Positions 1-12,884 of a stretch of DNA of 64,000 nt are shown here, one piece after another; position 1 is the first letter of the stretch; each line of letters begins with the position of its first letter. Source of the DNA: the human T2T-CHM13v2.0 reference genome, Homo sapiens; NCBI RefSeq assembly GCF_009914755.1, contig NC_060939.1; one strand, 5' to 3'. The notes below the pieces were generated by a model. The model saw only the letters and a list, made by a program, of their open reading frames with translations. It was not told the origin of the DNA and ran no database searches. The translations under genes and the position numbers were made by a program.

Positions 1-507
1 GAGAGGCTGGGAAAACAAGTTGTGTCACTTCTGTTTCTATAGCTGGAGTGGGTTGCTGCCTCCCATCTTGACTGATAAAGTAGAGAACCTCCCAAAGGTA
101 GAAAGGGCATGCATATGTTGAGTGGGTAAAAATACTGACAAATGTTTCCTAGAGTCCAATTCTCTGGCTTTCTTACATCAGTACATGCTGTTCCTAGCAA
201 ACTTTATAAGGATCAAAAACACTGCCTGCTGAACACAGTGCACGTCTCCAACATACAACCAAAATCATACCCATTCCAGAAGTTGGACAACCTGAAGGAT
301 TATGGTTACGGCATCTGTGTTCAAGACCAGCATCCAGGGGTAATGTCCATTCATCCTCTAGTTCCTTCATGATCTAGCCTCAGTATTTGATAACTGTAAA
401 GTGTACCACCAATGACATGCCCTATAAACAGGGTGGAAGAAACAGGGGAAAAATAGGAAAACAAATAGTTTAAATGTGTTATATGTACATGATACACCAA
501 AAGAGAA

Positions 508-1040
508 AAATCTCCCCTTACCTAGGGTTTCAATTTCCATGATTTTGGTTACCAACAGTCAACTGTGTTCCAAAAATATATTAAATGGAAAATTTCAGAA
601 ACAGACAATTCATAAGTTTTAAACTGCATGATGTTCAGAGTAGCGTGATGGAATCTCTCGCTGTCCTTGTCTGGAACATGAGCCCTCCCTTTGTCCGGTG
701 GCTCCACACTGTAGATGCTCCCTGGCCCATTAGCCACTTAGGAGCCGTCTGCAGAGTGGATCAGATTCACCGTTGTGGTGTCACAGTGAATTCAAGTAAC
801 CCTTATTTTACCTAGTAATGGCTCCAAAATGCAAGATTAGTGATACTGGAAATTCAAATATGCCAAAGAGAAGCTATAAAGTGTTCTCTTTAAGTGAGAA
901 GGTGAATATTCTTAATAAGGAAAAAAAATCTTACACTGAGATACTGAGATTGCTGAGGTCTACAGTAAAAATGAATCCTTTTTTGTCTTTTTGTGAAAGT
1001 GTGAAGGAAAGAGAAGCTTCTAAGAAAAGCAAAAATGCCT
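508..1040 (+). mobile_element. Tigger7/MER44 DNA transposon, 5' portion
   Basis: Follows recalled MER44/Tigger7 consensus (…ATTAAATGGAAAATTTCAGAAA…TTCAAGTAACCCTTATTTTAC…ATGGCTCCAAAA); 3' terminal repeat not seen. Confidence 0.85.
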
Positions 1041-1042
1041 AG
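818..1042 (+). pseudogene. Decayed N-terminus of Tigger7 (pogo/CENP-B-type) transposase
   Basis: MAPKCKISDTGNSNMPKRSYKVFSLSEKVNIL resembles recalled Tigger7 MAPKRKSSDAGNSDMPKRSRKVLPLSEKVKVL, then degrades and stops. Confidence 0.75.
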
Positions 1043-1089
1043 TCCTTGTGTAATTTGGTCTGTGCTTACTGCATGGCAGTTCAAAGCCA

Positions 1090-1345
1090 AACAGTATATT
1101 GTTTCTCAATATATACCTAGGTGGTTAAAATATAAAGAAATCTATAGAAATGATTGACACAAAATGTGGGGATGGGAGAGTAGAGGGACTTGATTGGGAA
1201 AGGTGGTACTAGGAGGCTCCCAAGGCACTGCTCAAATCCTATTTACCTTAATAATGGACTCATGGGTGTTCATTCTATTATTCTTTCAACCACACATATG
1301 CATATTTACATTTCTCTATATACATTTCACAATAGCATTTTTTAA
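1090..1345 (+). mobile_element. Old L1M (L1ME/MC-type) 3' end fragment
   Basis: Typical L1M 3' terminal wording (…catgggtgttcattctattatt…atacatttcacaata); boundaries approximate. Confidence 0.5.
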
Positions 1346-1749
1346 AATCACATGACATTCTTTACTGCAGAATGCAAAGTAGAAAAAAAAAGTTTTCATT
1401 TAAATTGGATAGTTGCAAGTCTGCAAGATTTTTCAACATAGAAAATAAAAAAAATGCCAAATTATATACTGTTTGGTTTGGGAGCCAAATGAAAACCAGC
1501 ATTTAAATTTTTGTTGTACCATCAAAATAGATATTTAAAAAACAAAATTTAATATTCTAATATATGGAGTTCTTTTGTAAGATCAGCTGTTTTCACAGTA
1601 TTTTTGAATTTTGACTTCACAGTGTAAGAAAGAGGAACTTACGCTGCTATTTTGAGCATGTCTAATATCACCACATAGTCATATGTAATAAATGTGGTAA
1701 ATGACCTCAATTTACAGATTAGATGACTGCTATGTGAATTTTCATGTTT

Positions 1750-2790
1750 GTATATCAAGAAGAAGAATAATTGCAATAAATTGAAACACTTAAAATATGT
1801 TGAAATTCATGAGTTATATCGAAATCAAGTTTTTTGAAAAAATCTCCTTGGTCACCCCTTGAGGATGATAGATAGCTAAATCATTATTTGAAAACAGGCA
1901 AGTAAAGAGAAATATTACACATTTGACTTTCCTATGAAACTGTATCATTGGGGAAACAAGTAAGTAACTAATAAGAAGAAATTTCTCCATACAGAAGTAT
2001 TCCAGCTAATAAAGGAAGAGAAATAACAGGATGAAAACTTCAGCATTTCATCACCCTGAAGCAATTAAGGATGAAAACAATGATCAGCCATGAGGGTGGC
2101 TGACGTTACAGAAAGAGCCAGCCAGACCCAGGTGCTTCCTGAGAGAGACACCAACATTAACGGTGAGTCTGTCTTGCAAAAATCAAACAAACCAAACAAA
2201 AAAAATTAATTGTATCAATTGTTTAAATCTAACTACAGGGAATACATCCAGGACAACATCTAAAGGGTACTTTGAGGATACGATCAGGAAAATCCAGACT
2301 GATCCAAACTGTGGAAAGTTCTACAGGACAAACAATGTAGTTTTGTCATTAAATAACTGTAAGGAGAGAGAGAGAGGGAGACAGCCCATAGAGTAAAAAG
2401 GAATTAATAGCATAAAATCAATTTCAGTGAAGATATAATTCCAGTCATAATTCAAACAAAGACATTAAAATTGTGTGGCTGTCTGAAAACTGACTGCGTA
2501 GTTAGTAATAGTGTCAGGTTCCAGGTGAGACAATAGTGTCATTGTTGTGTTTATAAAAAAGATTTACTTTTAGAGATACATGTTCAAATGCTGCACATGA
2601 AATAAGCTGATATCTAGAGTTTGCTTCAAAATTATTCAGAGAGGTGGGTGTGGCTGGATGTGGGTTTAAGAAGGAACAAGACTGGCCATCAGTCAGCAAG
2701 TGTGCAAGCTGGTGATGAGTACATAAAGATATACTAAAGTATTTTTTCACTTGTATATTTTTAAAAATATTCCATAATAAACAAAATTAA
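1750..2790 (+). mobile_element. Old L1M (L1MC/ME-type) 3' UTR
   Basis: acagaagtattccagctaataaa and terminal aaaatattccataataaa resemble L1MC/ME 3' UTRs. Confidence 0.6.
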
Positions 2791-3602
2791 AATGTTGCCT
2801 CAAATAAAATGAGAAATAGTCTATGCCGTGTATATGATAAACAAAAGTCTTCTGACATTAATAGAGACATCTCTTACCTATAACTGAGAAAAAGAACAAT
2901 CTAACATAAAAACACTTGAAGAATATGAAAACTTCAAGAAAAAGACACACAAACGGCCAAGACATATACAAAAGGTTGTAAATATCACAATTTAAAATTT
3001 GATTAAATATTTAAAGAAGTATTTAAAGAAACGCAAGGAGTGACCATAATTCTGGAGGTGAAGGTGGAGTAATTGTGAGGCTTCACTGAGACCAGAGAGA
3101 GAACAGGGAAAGATCAGCATCCAAACAAGTCTCTTGAGATACATTATATAGTAAATTTTTTATTTTGAGATGAGTGTGTGTTTGTGTGTGTGTGTGTGTG
3201 TATAAATGAAGCTGGGAGGACAACTTTAAACAGAAGTGTTCATTTGTTGGCGGTCTTACTTCATTAAATACATAACTATGTGATAAAATTAGGCTAATAG
3301 TTTTACTCTAAATAAAAAGAAAGCTCTTCAGAATTGTTTTAAAGCTACAGTGATACAGTGTCCTGGCATTCTGAGTAGGCTTCCAGTTTTAGACCTGTAA
3401 GTAAAAATATTCGCAAACAACCTTAAAAGCAACAAAAATGGAACTGGCCCCATAAAGAACAGTTTCCCACACATGGAGGATTGCCGGTCAGTGACTAAAG
3501 AAGTTTGAGGCCCACTGAGTGACAGAACACCCATAACCCATTTGCCCTCCTGACATTGTCAATCCCACTTTCCAGTGGAAAATGTGCTAGATAGTCATTG
3601 AA

Positions 3603-4029
3603 TGATATGGTTTGGCTCTGTATCCCCACTCAAATCTCATCTCATAGCTCCCATAATTCCCACATGTTGTGGGAGGTACCCAGTGGGAGATCAGTGAATC
3701 ACAGGGGAAAGTCTTTCCTGTGCTCTTCTCCTGTTCTTGTGATAGTGAGTAAGTCTCATGAGATCTGATGTTTTTAAAAATAGGAGTTCCTCTGCACAAG
3801 CTCTTTTTTCTGTTTGTGTGTGTGTGTGTGTGTGTGCATGTGTGTGTTTTGTTTTGTTTTTTGCCTGCTGCCTTCCATGTAAGATGTGACTTGCTCCTCC
3901 TTGCTTTCCACCATGATTATGAGGCTTCCCCAGCCATGTGGAACTGTGAGTCCAAGTAAACCTCTTTCTTTTGTTAATTGCCCGGTCTCAGGTGTGTCTT
4001 TATCAGCAGGGTGAAAATGGACTAATACA
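3603..4029 (+). mobile_element. THE1 (MaLR) solo LTR, THE1B/C-like, with internal (TG)n
   Basis: TGATATGGTTTGGCT…GGACTAATACA termini and THE1 body; (TG)n at ~3815-3846; no clear TSD. Confidence 0.92.
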
Positions 4030-4817
4030 CTAATATAATCTAGCATATATGATGTGAGGTAATATAATATAACATAACATAATATAGACATCTGCTTAAA
4101 CAATTGGAATACACAATATTCACAGTCAAACCACAGTACAAGCCTGAAGTCTAGTTATTGGAAAATTATAACCCCAAAATGCCATTGATGCAAAAACATA
4201 TCACTGTATATCATGGAGTTAAACAGAACATACAACAAACTAAATTGATGGAACCAACATAATTTATAGCAAATTGCAATTAAAAGTAAGAAGTAGCATC
4301 AACTGAAACATGAGATGAGAACGACTCAATACAACACTTATAATACAGGGTTTTCCAAACTGGGGGAATTCCAACCGTCTGAGAATGCACACATAGGAGA
4401 TCTACAACATGGCTAGTACTGCACATCAAAATTTTTTTCCAATACAAAAGTAATTCGTGAATATTATTCATTTAATAAACTTCAGCTAAGACAGAACTGT
4501 GGAGAGTGAAAATTCTTCCTTGACCTTCCTTCCTTTCCCACAATGCACTTGACTCCCCAGTGAAAATTTCCCACACACAAATGCACAGTGTGAGGGGTGT
4601 GAGGTTTCCATAAACGGGGTTTACTTCACATGTTAATCTGCAGCATCTTTGCTTCTTCTTAATAATAAAACTTGGAAATCTTTCCATGGTAGTGCCTATG
4701 TATCTACCACATCCTTTTTTAACAACGTCCAAACTTAGTGAATTAGAGTCCTCAGAAACACCAAGCAACATACTGATTTCATCTCATGAACATTAAACTT
4801 TAGTAACTCTTAGTGGG

Positions 4818-4900
4818 TTTTTTGGGTGTTTGTTTGTTTGTTTGTTTTGAGACGGAGTTTCACTCTTGTTGCCCAGGCTGGAGTGCAATGGTGCAATCTT
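4818..4900 (-). mobile_element. Alu 3' stub (AluSp/Sq-like) with (TTTG)n tail
   Basis: tgagacggagtttcactcttgttgcccaggctggagtgcaatggtgcaatctt, then abrupt end. Confidence 0.9.
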
Positions 4901-4903
4901 TAA

Positions 4904-4904
<1 letters not shown>

Positions 4905-4936
<32 letters not shown>
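4905..4936. repeat. (CA)n microsatellite
   Basis: Direct observation. Confidence 0.95.
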
Positions 4937-4938
<2 letters not shown>

Positions 4939-5284
4939 ATCAAAGTCAAAGAAAGGACTGTCACTTTTGGACCAATTGCTGCCTATTGGGAGGACCCAGT
5001 GAGATTAGTAGCTTATTTTCAGGCTTAAAATTATTACATAATTTAAAATAACATGAACTATTGAATTACTGAATGTATGTATGAATCACTATAAATTTTA
5101 AGGTTGAAAATGTGGAGCAAAAATAGTAGGTCCATACTGCCTATAAATATATTTCCACATGCCTATAAAATTTTATTAAAATATGAGCTCCTTGAGGGAA
5201 GAGAGAAGGAACTATACCTTCTTTCATCTCATACTCCCAGTTCCAGGCACAGGCAGAAGATAGATGTACCAGATAATCAACCCT

Positions 5285-5636
5285 CTGTTCATTTATTCAT
5301 ATCTTTAACAAGTATGCCAGTCACTGTTTCAGGTAGAGAGTGAAGCCATCCTCACAGGGTTAACAAGAATTCTGGACAGAAATATAATTAAGCATTAATC
5401 AAACCACACTTTGATCCACTTTCTTGCAACCCAAACTCATGTAACACTAGATACTGGCCATTTGCTTCCTTATTGTTCCTATAGATAGGACTTCTAATGT
5501 TAGAATCATAAGGCTTTTAAGATAGATAGGATTTCTCACATTCAAATAAGGCTTTTGTTCAAGAATTGCTTAAGATGTTTTTCAAATCCTGAATTCCAGC
5601 AAAACAGCGGATGGCAACCAGTTTGAAGACCCCCCA

Positions 5637-5684
<48 letters not shown>

Positions 5685-7085
5685 GCACAGAATAAGCATG
5701 AGAACACAGCTTCTTCACCTCCCTGTCCCATGACTTCACCCTGCACTCTTTGACGAAGTCAACAATCTCCACACTTTGGCCCACTCCAAAACCCTTAAAA
5801 ACCCTAGCCGAAAACTCCTTGGGGAGATGGATTTGAGGTTTCCTCCCATTTTCTCGTTTGGCAGCCCTATGGTTAAACCTTTGTCTCTGCCACAACCCGT
5901 TGTCTCGGCGTATTGACCTGCTGCATACATTGGGCAATGGACCTGTCATGGTTCCACGAAGATTCAAGGATGAACGGAGTAGGCATGCTTCCTAAGCCCA
6001 TGGAGCTCACATTCTAGTTTGGGGAGATAGACAATTAAAAATGGTAACAAGATCAACAAGATAATTTTAGATTACATCAAGTGCAGTAAAAACAAATGTA
6101 TCATGTAGTACAATGACTAGGAGAGGGTATTTTTAGATAGGGTGTCCAGGAAGAGTCTTTCTCAGGAGGCAACATTTGAACTGGGATCTGAATGACAAGG
6201 AGCCAGCCTTGCAAAAAAAAAAAAAAAAAATGGAGGTAAAGACAGAGGGAATTGCAAATGCAAAGACCTTGAAGCAGGAGCACCCAGGTTGGTTCAAGGA
6301 ACTGCGAAAGGTTCAGAGCTGCCACGTGGCTGTAGCACAATGAGGAGGGAGAATGGTGAATGTGAACTCAGGAATGTTGGCAAGGGCTCCTTACGGGAGC
6401 CTGATGAGGAAGTCAGAGGAAAGATTTTTTATGAGTCAGTGGGAGCCCCTCAGGGCGTTATGAACAGGGGATGGCTCCATCTGATTTGTGCATCAACAGG
6501 CTCCTCAGCCCATGCTGCTGCTGTGTGGAGAGGAGACTCCAGAAGGGAAAGATGAGCCAGTGCAGAATGAGGATGCTGAACTCAGAGGCTGCTACAGAGC
6601 ACAGAGTGTCTGGAGAGGAAAGAGGGCAGCTGGCAGGGAGTGCGGTGAGGAGTAAGAACAGAATGAAGTGCAGTTATCTGTTTTGGAGGTAAAAGAAACT
6701 GAACTTGTGAATGGATTGATTGTAGCAAGCAGGGTAATGAGAAGAATACAATGATTTCTCAAGTTTTTAATTGAACAAAAGGATAGATGGACTGGCATTT
6801 ATTGAGCTAGGAAGACAGAGGAGAAACAGGTCAAGGGGAAGAGAAAAGAGTACTTTGGGTGCTGTTTCATCTAACATGACTGTATGCGTAGACCCAGTGG
6901 AGATTTCAAGCAGACATTTGGATGAAAGTCTGGAGCTCCCAGGAGAAGGCTGACCTCAGAGATATAATCAGATGAGTCACCAGCACATGATAATTAAACA
7001 ATGGGATTGAATAATATCCTATAGGGAAAGAATGGAGATAAAAGAGAGATAGGACTGGGGACCAAGCAGTGGGGCTCCAGTTCTT
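5285..7085 (-). mobile_element. L2 LINE fragment interrupted by an ERV1 LTR
   Basis: Antisense L2 3' end (ttcatttattca…) resumes after 5956 (atggagctcacattctagt…) with L2-like purine-rich body. Confidence 0.75.
5341..5956 (+). mobile_element. ERV1 solo LTR (LTR26-like; family tentative) with internal (CA)n
   Basis: TGAAGCCATCCTCACAGGGTTAACAAG…GGTTCCA; ERV1-type 3' half (cccttaaaaaccctagc…ggggagatggatttgag); (CA)n ~5637-5681. Confidence 0.75.
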
Positions 7086-7757
7086 AGTGAATTGACTAAA
7101 GTCAAAAGTAGAGTTAAAAGTAATAAAAGTGAGTTTAACATTTGTTTGATTCTTTGCTCTCTGAAAAATTACATTTGTTAATAATTTTAAAACAAAATAA
7201 ACTCATCTAAGCAAATATCCCTGCAGCGTGCTCTACCAGGCAGGCAGGTCACCTCCTGCTTATAGAGAAGGAGTCTAGCCATCTCCTGCAGTCACCACCT
7301 CGTGCACCTCTGACATCAGTGATGAACCATCCAACTCATTTTAGTTGTGTGACATTTGCTGTTGTCAAAATCTTGAGCCAAACTGAAGCTGAACTCATAG
7401 AAAATCATCAACAGGACTACGGGTCCATTGCAAATGCTGCTCATGTGTATCTGCTCTAATTTAATTTCTCTGGTGTCAACACAGACGATTTGAAGTGTAC
7501 CAATTGAGATTTGGGCACAGTTTGAGTGGGCAGCTTCCAGTAGTTAATGATGTGTGTTTCTCTAGTGATTGGGCTTCAAATTGAAGGAAGTGTGAAGGAA
7601 AGGTCTGAAGCTCTTCTGTGGACAATTTTAATCTAGTTTAACCTCCTACTCCACTTAGGTTATCTTCTCCTTCTGTTTTCTTTTCTCTCAAAAGGAGGAT
7701 AAGTTAGTTGGGTAAGAAGTATTACCAAGGTTCTTTTTTAGGCCAACTTCCAATCAC

Positions 7758-8216
7758 TGTGATGGTTAATTTCATGTGTCAACTTAGTTAGGCCATGGTG
7801 CCCGGTTGTTTGATCAGACACCAGTCTAGATGTTGCTGTGAGGTATTTGTTAGATATGATTAACATTCAAATCAGTAGACTTTGAGCAAAGCAAATCACC
7901 CTCCATAATGCAGGTGAGCTTCATCCAAGCAGTTGAAGGCCTTGAGCAAAGACTGAGAATTCCCAAAGCAGAAGCAATTCTGCCTCAACATGAAATCCCA
8001 GCCTTGGTTTCCAGCCTGCAGACTTTGGAGCCAAGACTGCAAAATCAACTCTTCTCTGAGCTTCCAGCCTCCAGACCTACATGAACCGATTCCTTAGCAT
8101 AAATCTATCTTTATAGATAGATAGATAGATGGGGAGTTTGGGGAGACAGAGAGAGTGAGAGAGAGAAAGAAATCTCCCATCTCCCATTGGTTACGTTACT
8201 CTGGAGAACCCTGACT
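7758..8216 (+). mobile_element. MLT2 (ERVL) solo LTR, MLT2C/D-like
   Basis: TGTGATGGTTAATTTCATGTGTCAACTT start and ctctggagaaccctgact end; internal (GATA)n/(GA)n tract. Confidence 0.9.
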
Positions 8217-8314
8217 TCCCTTCTCTGTGCCTTTGTCAGCCCGTTTCATCACATCCACCCAGGTTAACACAAAGTCACTTAATGTGAAGCCCTTGTGGAA
8301 AGTTTTGCACTGAA

Positions 8315-8460
8315 GGCTGAGGAATAGGGGACATAGGCTCTGACCCTGGGGTTTTAGTATCTGAGTTCCAATTGACTCCAGCACTTCGAAATCATGTGAA
8401 CAAGTGATGCAAACCCCGAGTCTCAGTGTCCTCACCTGGGTGAAGGGAGGAGTAGGAGCT
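8315..8460 (+). mobile_element. MIR SINE fragment
   Basis: Core gagtctcagtgtcctcacctgggtgaaggga. Confidence 0.55.
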
Positions 8461-8662
8461 GCACATTGATTTTATGCCTAAACCTGAAGTAGTTTCCAAA
8501 ATCAGGATGATGGTGCTTTTACAAGAATCCAACAGCTCTGTCCCCAACACTATCTATAATATTGAGGTAAGTAGGTTTAAGTAATTTATTCTGAGAAAAT
8601 ATCTAAGAAAGAATGAGAGGATTGCCCCTCAATCCTGGTGCAATATTTCCTCAGCTGAGTAT

Positions 8663-8738
8663 TTTTTGTCATTACAACTTCTGATAAAATAAAATGGCTC
8701 TTTTTGTCATTACAATTTCTGATAGAATAAAATGGCTC
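8663..8738. repeat. 38-bp tandem duplication (2 copies, 2 mismatches)
   Basis: tttttgtcattacaa(c/t)ttctgata(a/g)aataaaatggctc twice. Confidence 0.95.
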
Positions 8739-9084
8739 TCAGTGCTCACTGTATTCCAATTTTTTCAGAAAATTAGCACACACACACCCCCACACTCAGT
8801 TGAGGATTTTGAACACTATTAGAATCAACAATAGGTTATAATTAGATTAACTATTTTGGTTAAAGAGAAAGAAACAATGAACACACACAATTTGATAACC
8901 AATGTAGTTTTAAGTCTTTGTTCAGCGTTCAAAGTGAATCAAGCCCACTCAAAGCACGTGGTCAGGCTTCAGTGGGCTTTTTTCTTTAAGCCAGATTTGA
9001 AGACAGAGAGTAACCATGTTAAAGAAATCCCTGGTGCCTAGGTAGGAGACTGGGGAAGGACAGATGACTTAGGTGGCAAGGCAT

Positions 9085-9300
9085 GGGATTTAATGGAAAG
9101 GCTACTGAATTTGGCATCAGGAACCCTAGGTGGTTTCTTCCAACTCTAAACTGCATGGCTTCATGAAAGAAAGGTAATCACCCCTGCTGAGCTTCAATTT
9201 CCCCAGGTCTAAAATGGGTCAACCAATCTCTACGTGGTCTTCCTCACAGTTTTATTATGAGACTCAAATGGGATAAGTGTGTTCAAGGGCTTTATACTGC
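9085..9300 (+). mobile_element. MIR SINE
   Basis: ctgagcttcaatttccccaggtctaaaatggg…tgagactcaaatgggataa. Confidence 0.65.
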
Positions 9301-10089
9301 ACTTTACTAATAGCAGCTATTATGATCACAGGACAGTATGAAAGGGTTAGTGGTTCCATTTTGGCAAAAATTCTAGAAAGGGAGTCCTTGTTCTTTGTTT
9401 TTTCATACAACATACAGATCCCAGAAGAAGCAATCCTCCTTCTAGTTTTGCCCTGTGTGGTGGTGCAGACCAGCTCTCATCTTTGCACCCAAGAGATCAT
9501 GAAGATTATTACACGATCTCAGAAACCTCATCAAGCTGATGTATTGGGCCTTTTTCCATTACGGTCTAAGGCAGGGAACCTGGAGGTAGAGGGGCTCAGG
9601 ACAGACTCACGGTGTGAGGTTAGAAGGTTTGCTGGGACTAAGTTCTAGGGTTAAATTTAGTCTGTCTCCACTGGCCAGAGGAGGTATGTGATCTCTCTGG
9701 GGACACCTGGGTGGTATCTGAGTACCCCAAGTTTTGCGAATCCCTGCTACTCTTCAGTCAGAAATTTCAGATGTTTCCAAAGCCTGGTTTAATGCAATAC
9801 TGCTACACTTTCTTCAAATGATGTAATTTTTTCCTAGGCATCTATTTATATTATCACAGTGACATGGGTACTGAGTTGCCCTCCTGGCAGATTAGAGGCC
9901 ATAAAAAGGTGGAAACCATGAACATGTGAGGAAAGTTCTCAATAAAGAAAGAAAACCCATCTGCTAAAGGCTGTCCTCTGGGACTAGGGATGAAGGCAGT
10001 GCCAAGTACAGCGTGAGCAAACAGATGAACAGAAACTGTCAGAACATGTGGCTGAAAAACAAAGAAAAAGTAACTGTTAACCTTTACCA

Positions 10090-10300
10090 AATACTCTGTT
10101 ATGCCAAGTTTCCTGACAAGCATTTAAGATGCTTCATTTCATTTGATCATTTAAACAATGTTAAGTTAGACTACTATTATCTCCAACGTGCAGATGAGGA
10201 AACTAAGGCTCAGGAAGGATGTGTCTAGTTGAAGGTAGCACAATTAGTAAATGGCAGAAGAGAATTCAAAATCAGCCTGTTCAAAATCTTTTCACTCTGC
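10090..10300 (-). mobile_element. MIR SINE
   Basis: cagatgaggaaactaaggctcag…agtaaatggcaga. Confidence 0.75.
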
Positions 10301-11010
10301 AGCCTTCCCAGAATATTGAACAACCCCATTATAAGGTCCATTTATTTTGATCATCTTAATAGCTTTCTCCAATTGACCACTCAGTGACCCAAATGAATAA
10401 TGTCCTATTTAAAACTGATGATCAAAGATCAGGAAACAGGATCTGTAAAAGGAACTGAGAGAGCAGCTGGAGGGAAGAGCCCGTCACTTTTACCAGGTAA
10501 CACTTGTTTGGTCTCATGTTTAAGCCAAGTCTTGCTCCTTAAAAGAGCAGCCCAGCATATGATAAGTGGTAGAAGGGCGTATGTTCATCAGTCACTCCTA
10601 ATATATAAGGTCTTAAATGGATGCTTGTTGCCAATATATATTGAAATGTATCTAGATGGAGCATCACTGCATCTAAGTAAAGTGTCAAGATGATACAAGC
10701 AAAGCATAAGGTCTTATGTCAAATATGTGAGAATATAATCATATCTTTCACCTTGCAGGTAATTATAATTGCCAGCTGGGTACTTCATGCCTTCAGGTAG
10801 GTAGATACGTTACTTGCAGAAGTAAAAGAAAATCGAGGTAAATACTTCACTGATGGTTTTCAGATGGGCCTTGGCCTGTCAACTCTCCAAGAAAAGGAGG
10901 TACCAGAAATTCAAAGCAAATGAAAACCTTAGGATTTGGCCCCACTGACTGTATGCAGGATGCCTCAAGGTAAATGCCAGGAGGAAAGGAACAAAGGGAA
11001 ATAAGGGGAG

Positions 11011-11501
11011 TGAATTAGTCAGGGTTCTCCAGAGAAACTGAGCCAGTAGGAGATATAGATACATGCATAGGAGATTTATTATGAATTGGCTCATGCAATT
11101 ATGGAAACCAAGAAGTTCTATGATATGCTGTGTGCAGGCTGGAGACCCAGAAGAACCAGTGGTCTAATTCAGCCTGAATTCAAAGGCCTGATAACCAGGG
11201 AAAGGTCTAAAGGCCCAGGAACGAGGAGCTCTGATGTCCACAGGCTGGAGAAAATGGATGTCCCAGCTCAAGCAGGGAGTGTAAATTTGATCTTCCTCCA
11301 CTTTTTTTTTTTCTATTCAGGCCCTCAAATGATTACATGATACCTACAAACATGGGTGAGAGAGATCTTCTTTACTCAATCTACTGATTCCAAACTAATC
11401 TCTCCTGGAAATACCTTCACAGACACATCCAGGGATCACGTTTTACCAGCTATCCGGCACTGCAAGACCAGCCAAGCTGACATCTGAAATTAACCATCAC
11501 A
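11011..11501 (-). mobile_element. MLT2B-like (ERVL) solo LTR
   Basis: attagtcagggttctccagagaaac…aaattaaccatcaca; 5-bp TSD GGGAG at 11006-11010 and 11502-11506. Confidence 0.93.
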
Positions 11502-12567
11502 GGGAGCATCTGCCGCCCCACATCCTCAGGTATGGGGAGACGTGCTTGATGGTCACTGACACCATGAATACTTGACGCTGATGATGTGGCATGGCTCCTC
11601 ACATGTGTCTTCACCCCATCCTCTTCCAAAAGGAAACTGCTGCTCTCCTGCCCAGTTTTAGAGTCTCCCAGCAGGCCCTCAGGGGAGGGCTGGAGCACAT
11701 CAAGTTATGACGGGGAGCTTCCTCCAAGACCAGGCTGCCACATCCTGTGCACAAAGCCTCGTGAACCGCAGTGACAGGCTCATTTAGAAACAAATTAGGG
11801 GTTAAGTAAAAAGTGCAGGACAGAGGCAAAACCGAGTTTCCCTTTCCCCTTCCTGTCGGTTAGCATTAGAAGGTGCCCATGAGCAGCGTGTGTCAAGAAT
11901 ATGAACGTGAGATGTCATTTTGGCTGCCTCTAATTGAAGCCAGGATAAATGGAGTGGAAAGGCAGCGTCTAATCCAATCAAAACATGAAAAAGGTATTTT
12001 GACATGTAAATTACAAACTTCCTGTGTATTTTGTCTCCCCAATTACACCCTCCCCTGTCATGTTTTTTTAAATTATATCTTAATCTCCCAGTCTCCTAAT
12101 AATTATGTCATCATTCTTGCGCCCTGAACACTGTGTAATGGTATTTTATGGGATATGCCATTCATTATTAACTAAACTCACTCTCTGTCCCCAGTGATAC
12201 CATATCTCATGGTGTTCAAATATGCCTAGTGTCAGCTCCTGCTTTGTAAATGCTACGGCAGCTCCACTCTCTGCTTCATGGTTGTATGGGAATGAGTTTG
12301 GGAAGCACTTGTGGACAGTTAATCCGACTCATCGGTATTTTTATATGGGGATAACTGACACTTTTTGGTTAGTGAAAAGAGAGATTGGTTTCAAATATAA
12401 ATCTCTCATCACTGGGGCTCATGAAAATAGGGATTTTAACCGCTGCTCTTAAAGAACTAGCCAATATGAAGATCACACAATTAAGATCACAAAAAGAAGT
12501 AAAGAAAAATGTCAGTTTGATATGCAGAGAGTGGCTGTACTGTAGTGGTTGGAGGAATTACTAAAAG

Positions 12568-12884
12568 CAACCACACATCACTTAACAACGGGGATACATT
12601 CTGGAAAATGTGGCCTTCAGTGATTTCACTGTTGTGCAAATATTATAGAGTGCACTTACACAAAGCTAGGTGGTAGAGCCTACTACACACCTGGGATGTA
12701 TGGTATGACCTATTGCTCCTAGGCTACAAACCTGTAGAGCATGTTACTGCACTAAATACTATGGGCAATTGTAACTCGTGGTATTTGTGTATCTAAGCAT
12801 AGCATACAGTATTAAATCTTGTGGGACCACCATTGTAAATGTAGTCTGTCGTTGATGGAAACATCACTATTTGGCACACGACTG
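12568..12884 (+). mobile_element. Tigger3a (Golem-derived non-autonomous DNA transposon)
   Basis: cttaacaacggggatacattct…tattgctcctaggctacaaacctgta…cacgactg followed by TA. Confidence 0.9.

Noticed and set aside
1-420. Possible MaLR (MLT1) LTR or internal fragment at the window start
   Set aside because: Only a vague resemblance; termini and family could not be supported by eye
5542-5967. 141-aa ORF with a CVCVCV run
   Set aside because: Antisense read-through of an LTR and its (CA)n microsatellite
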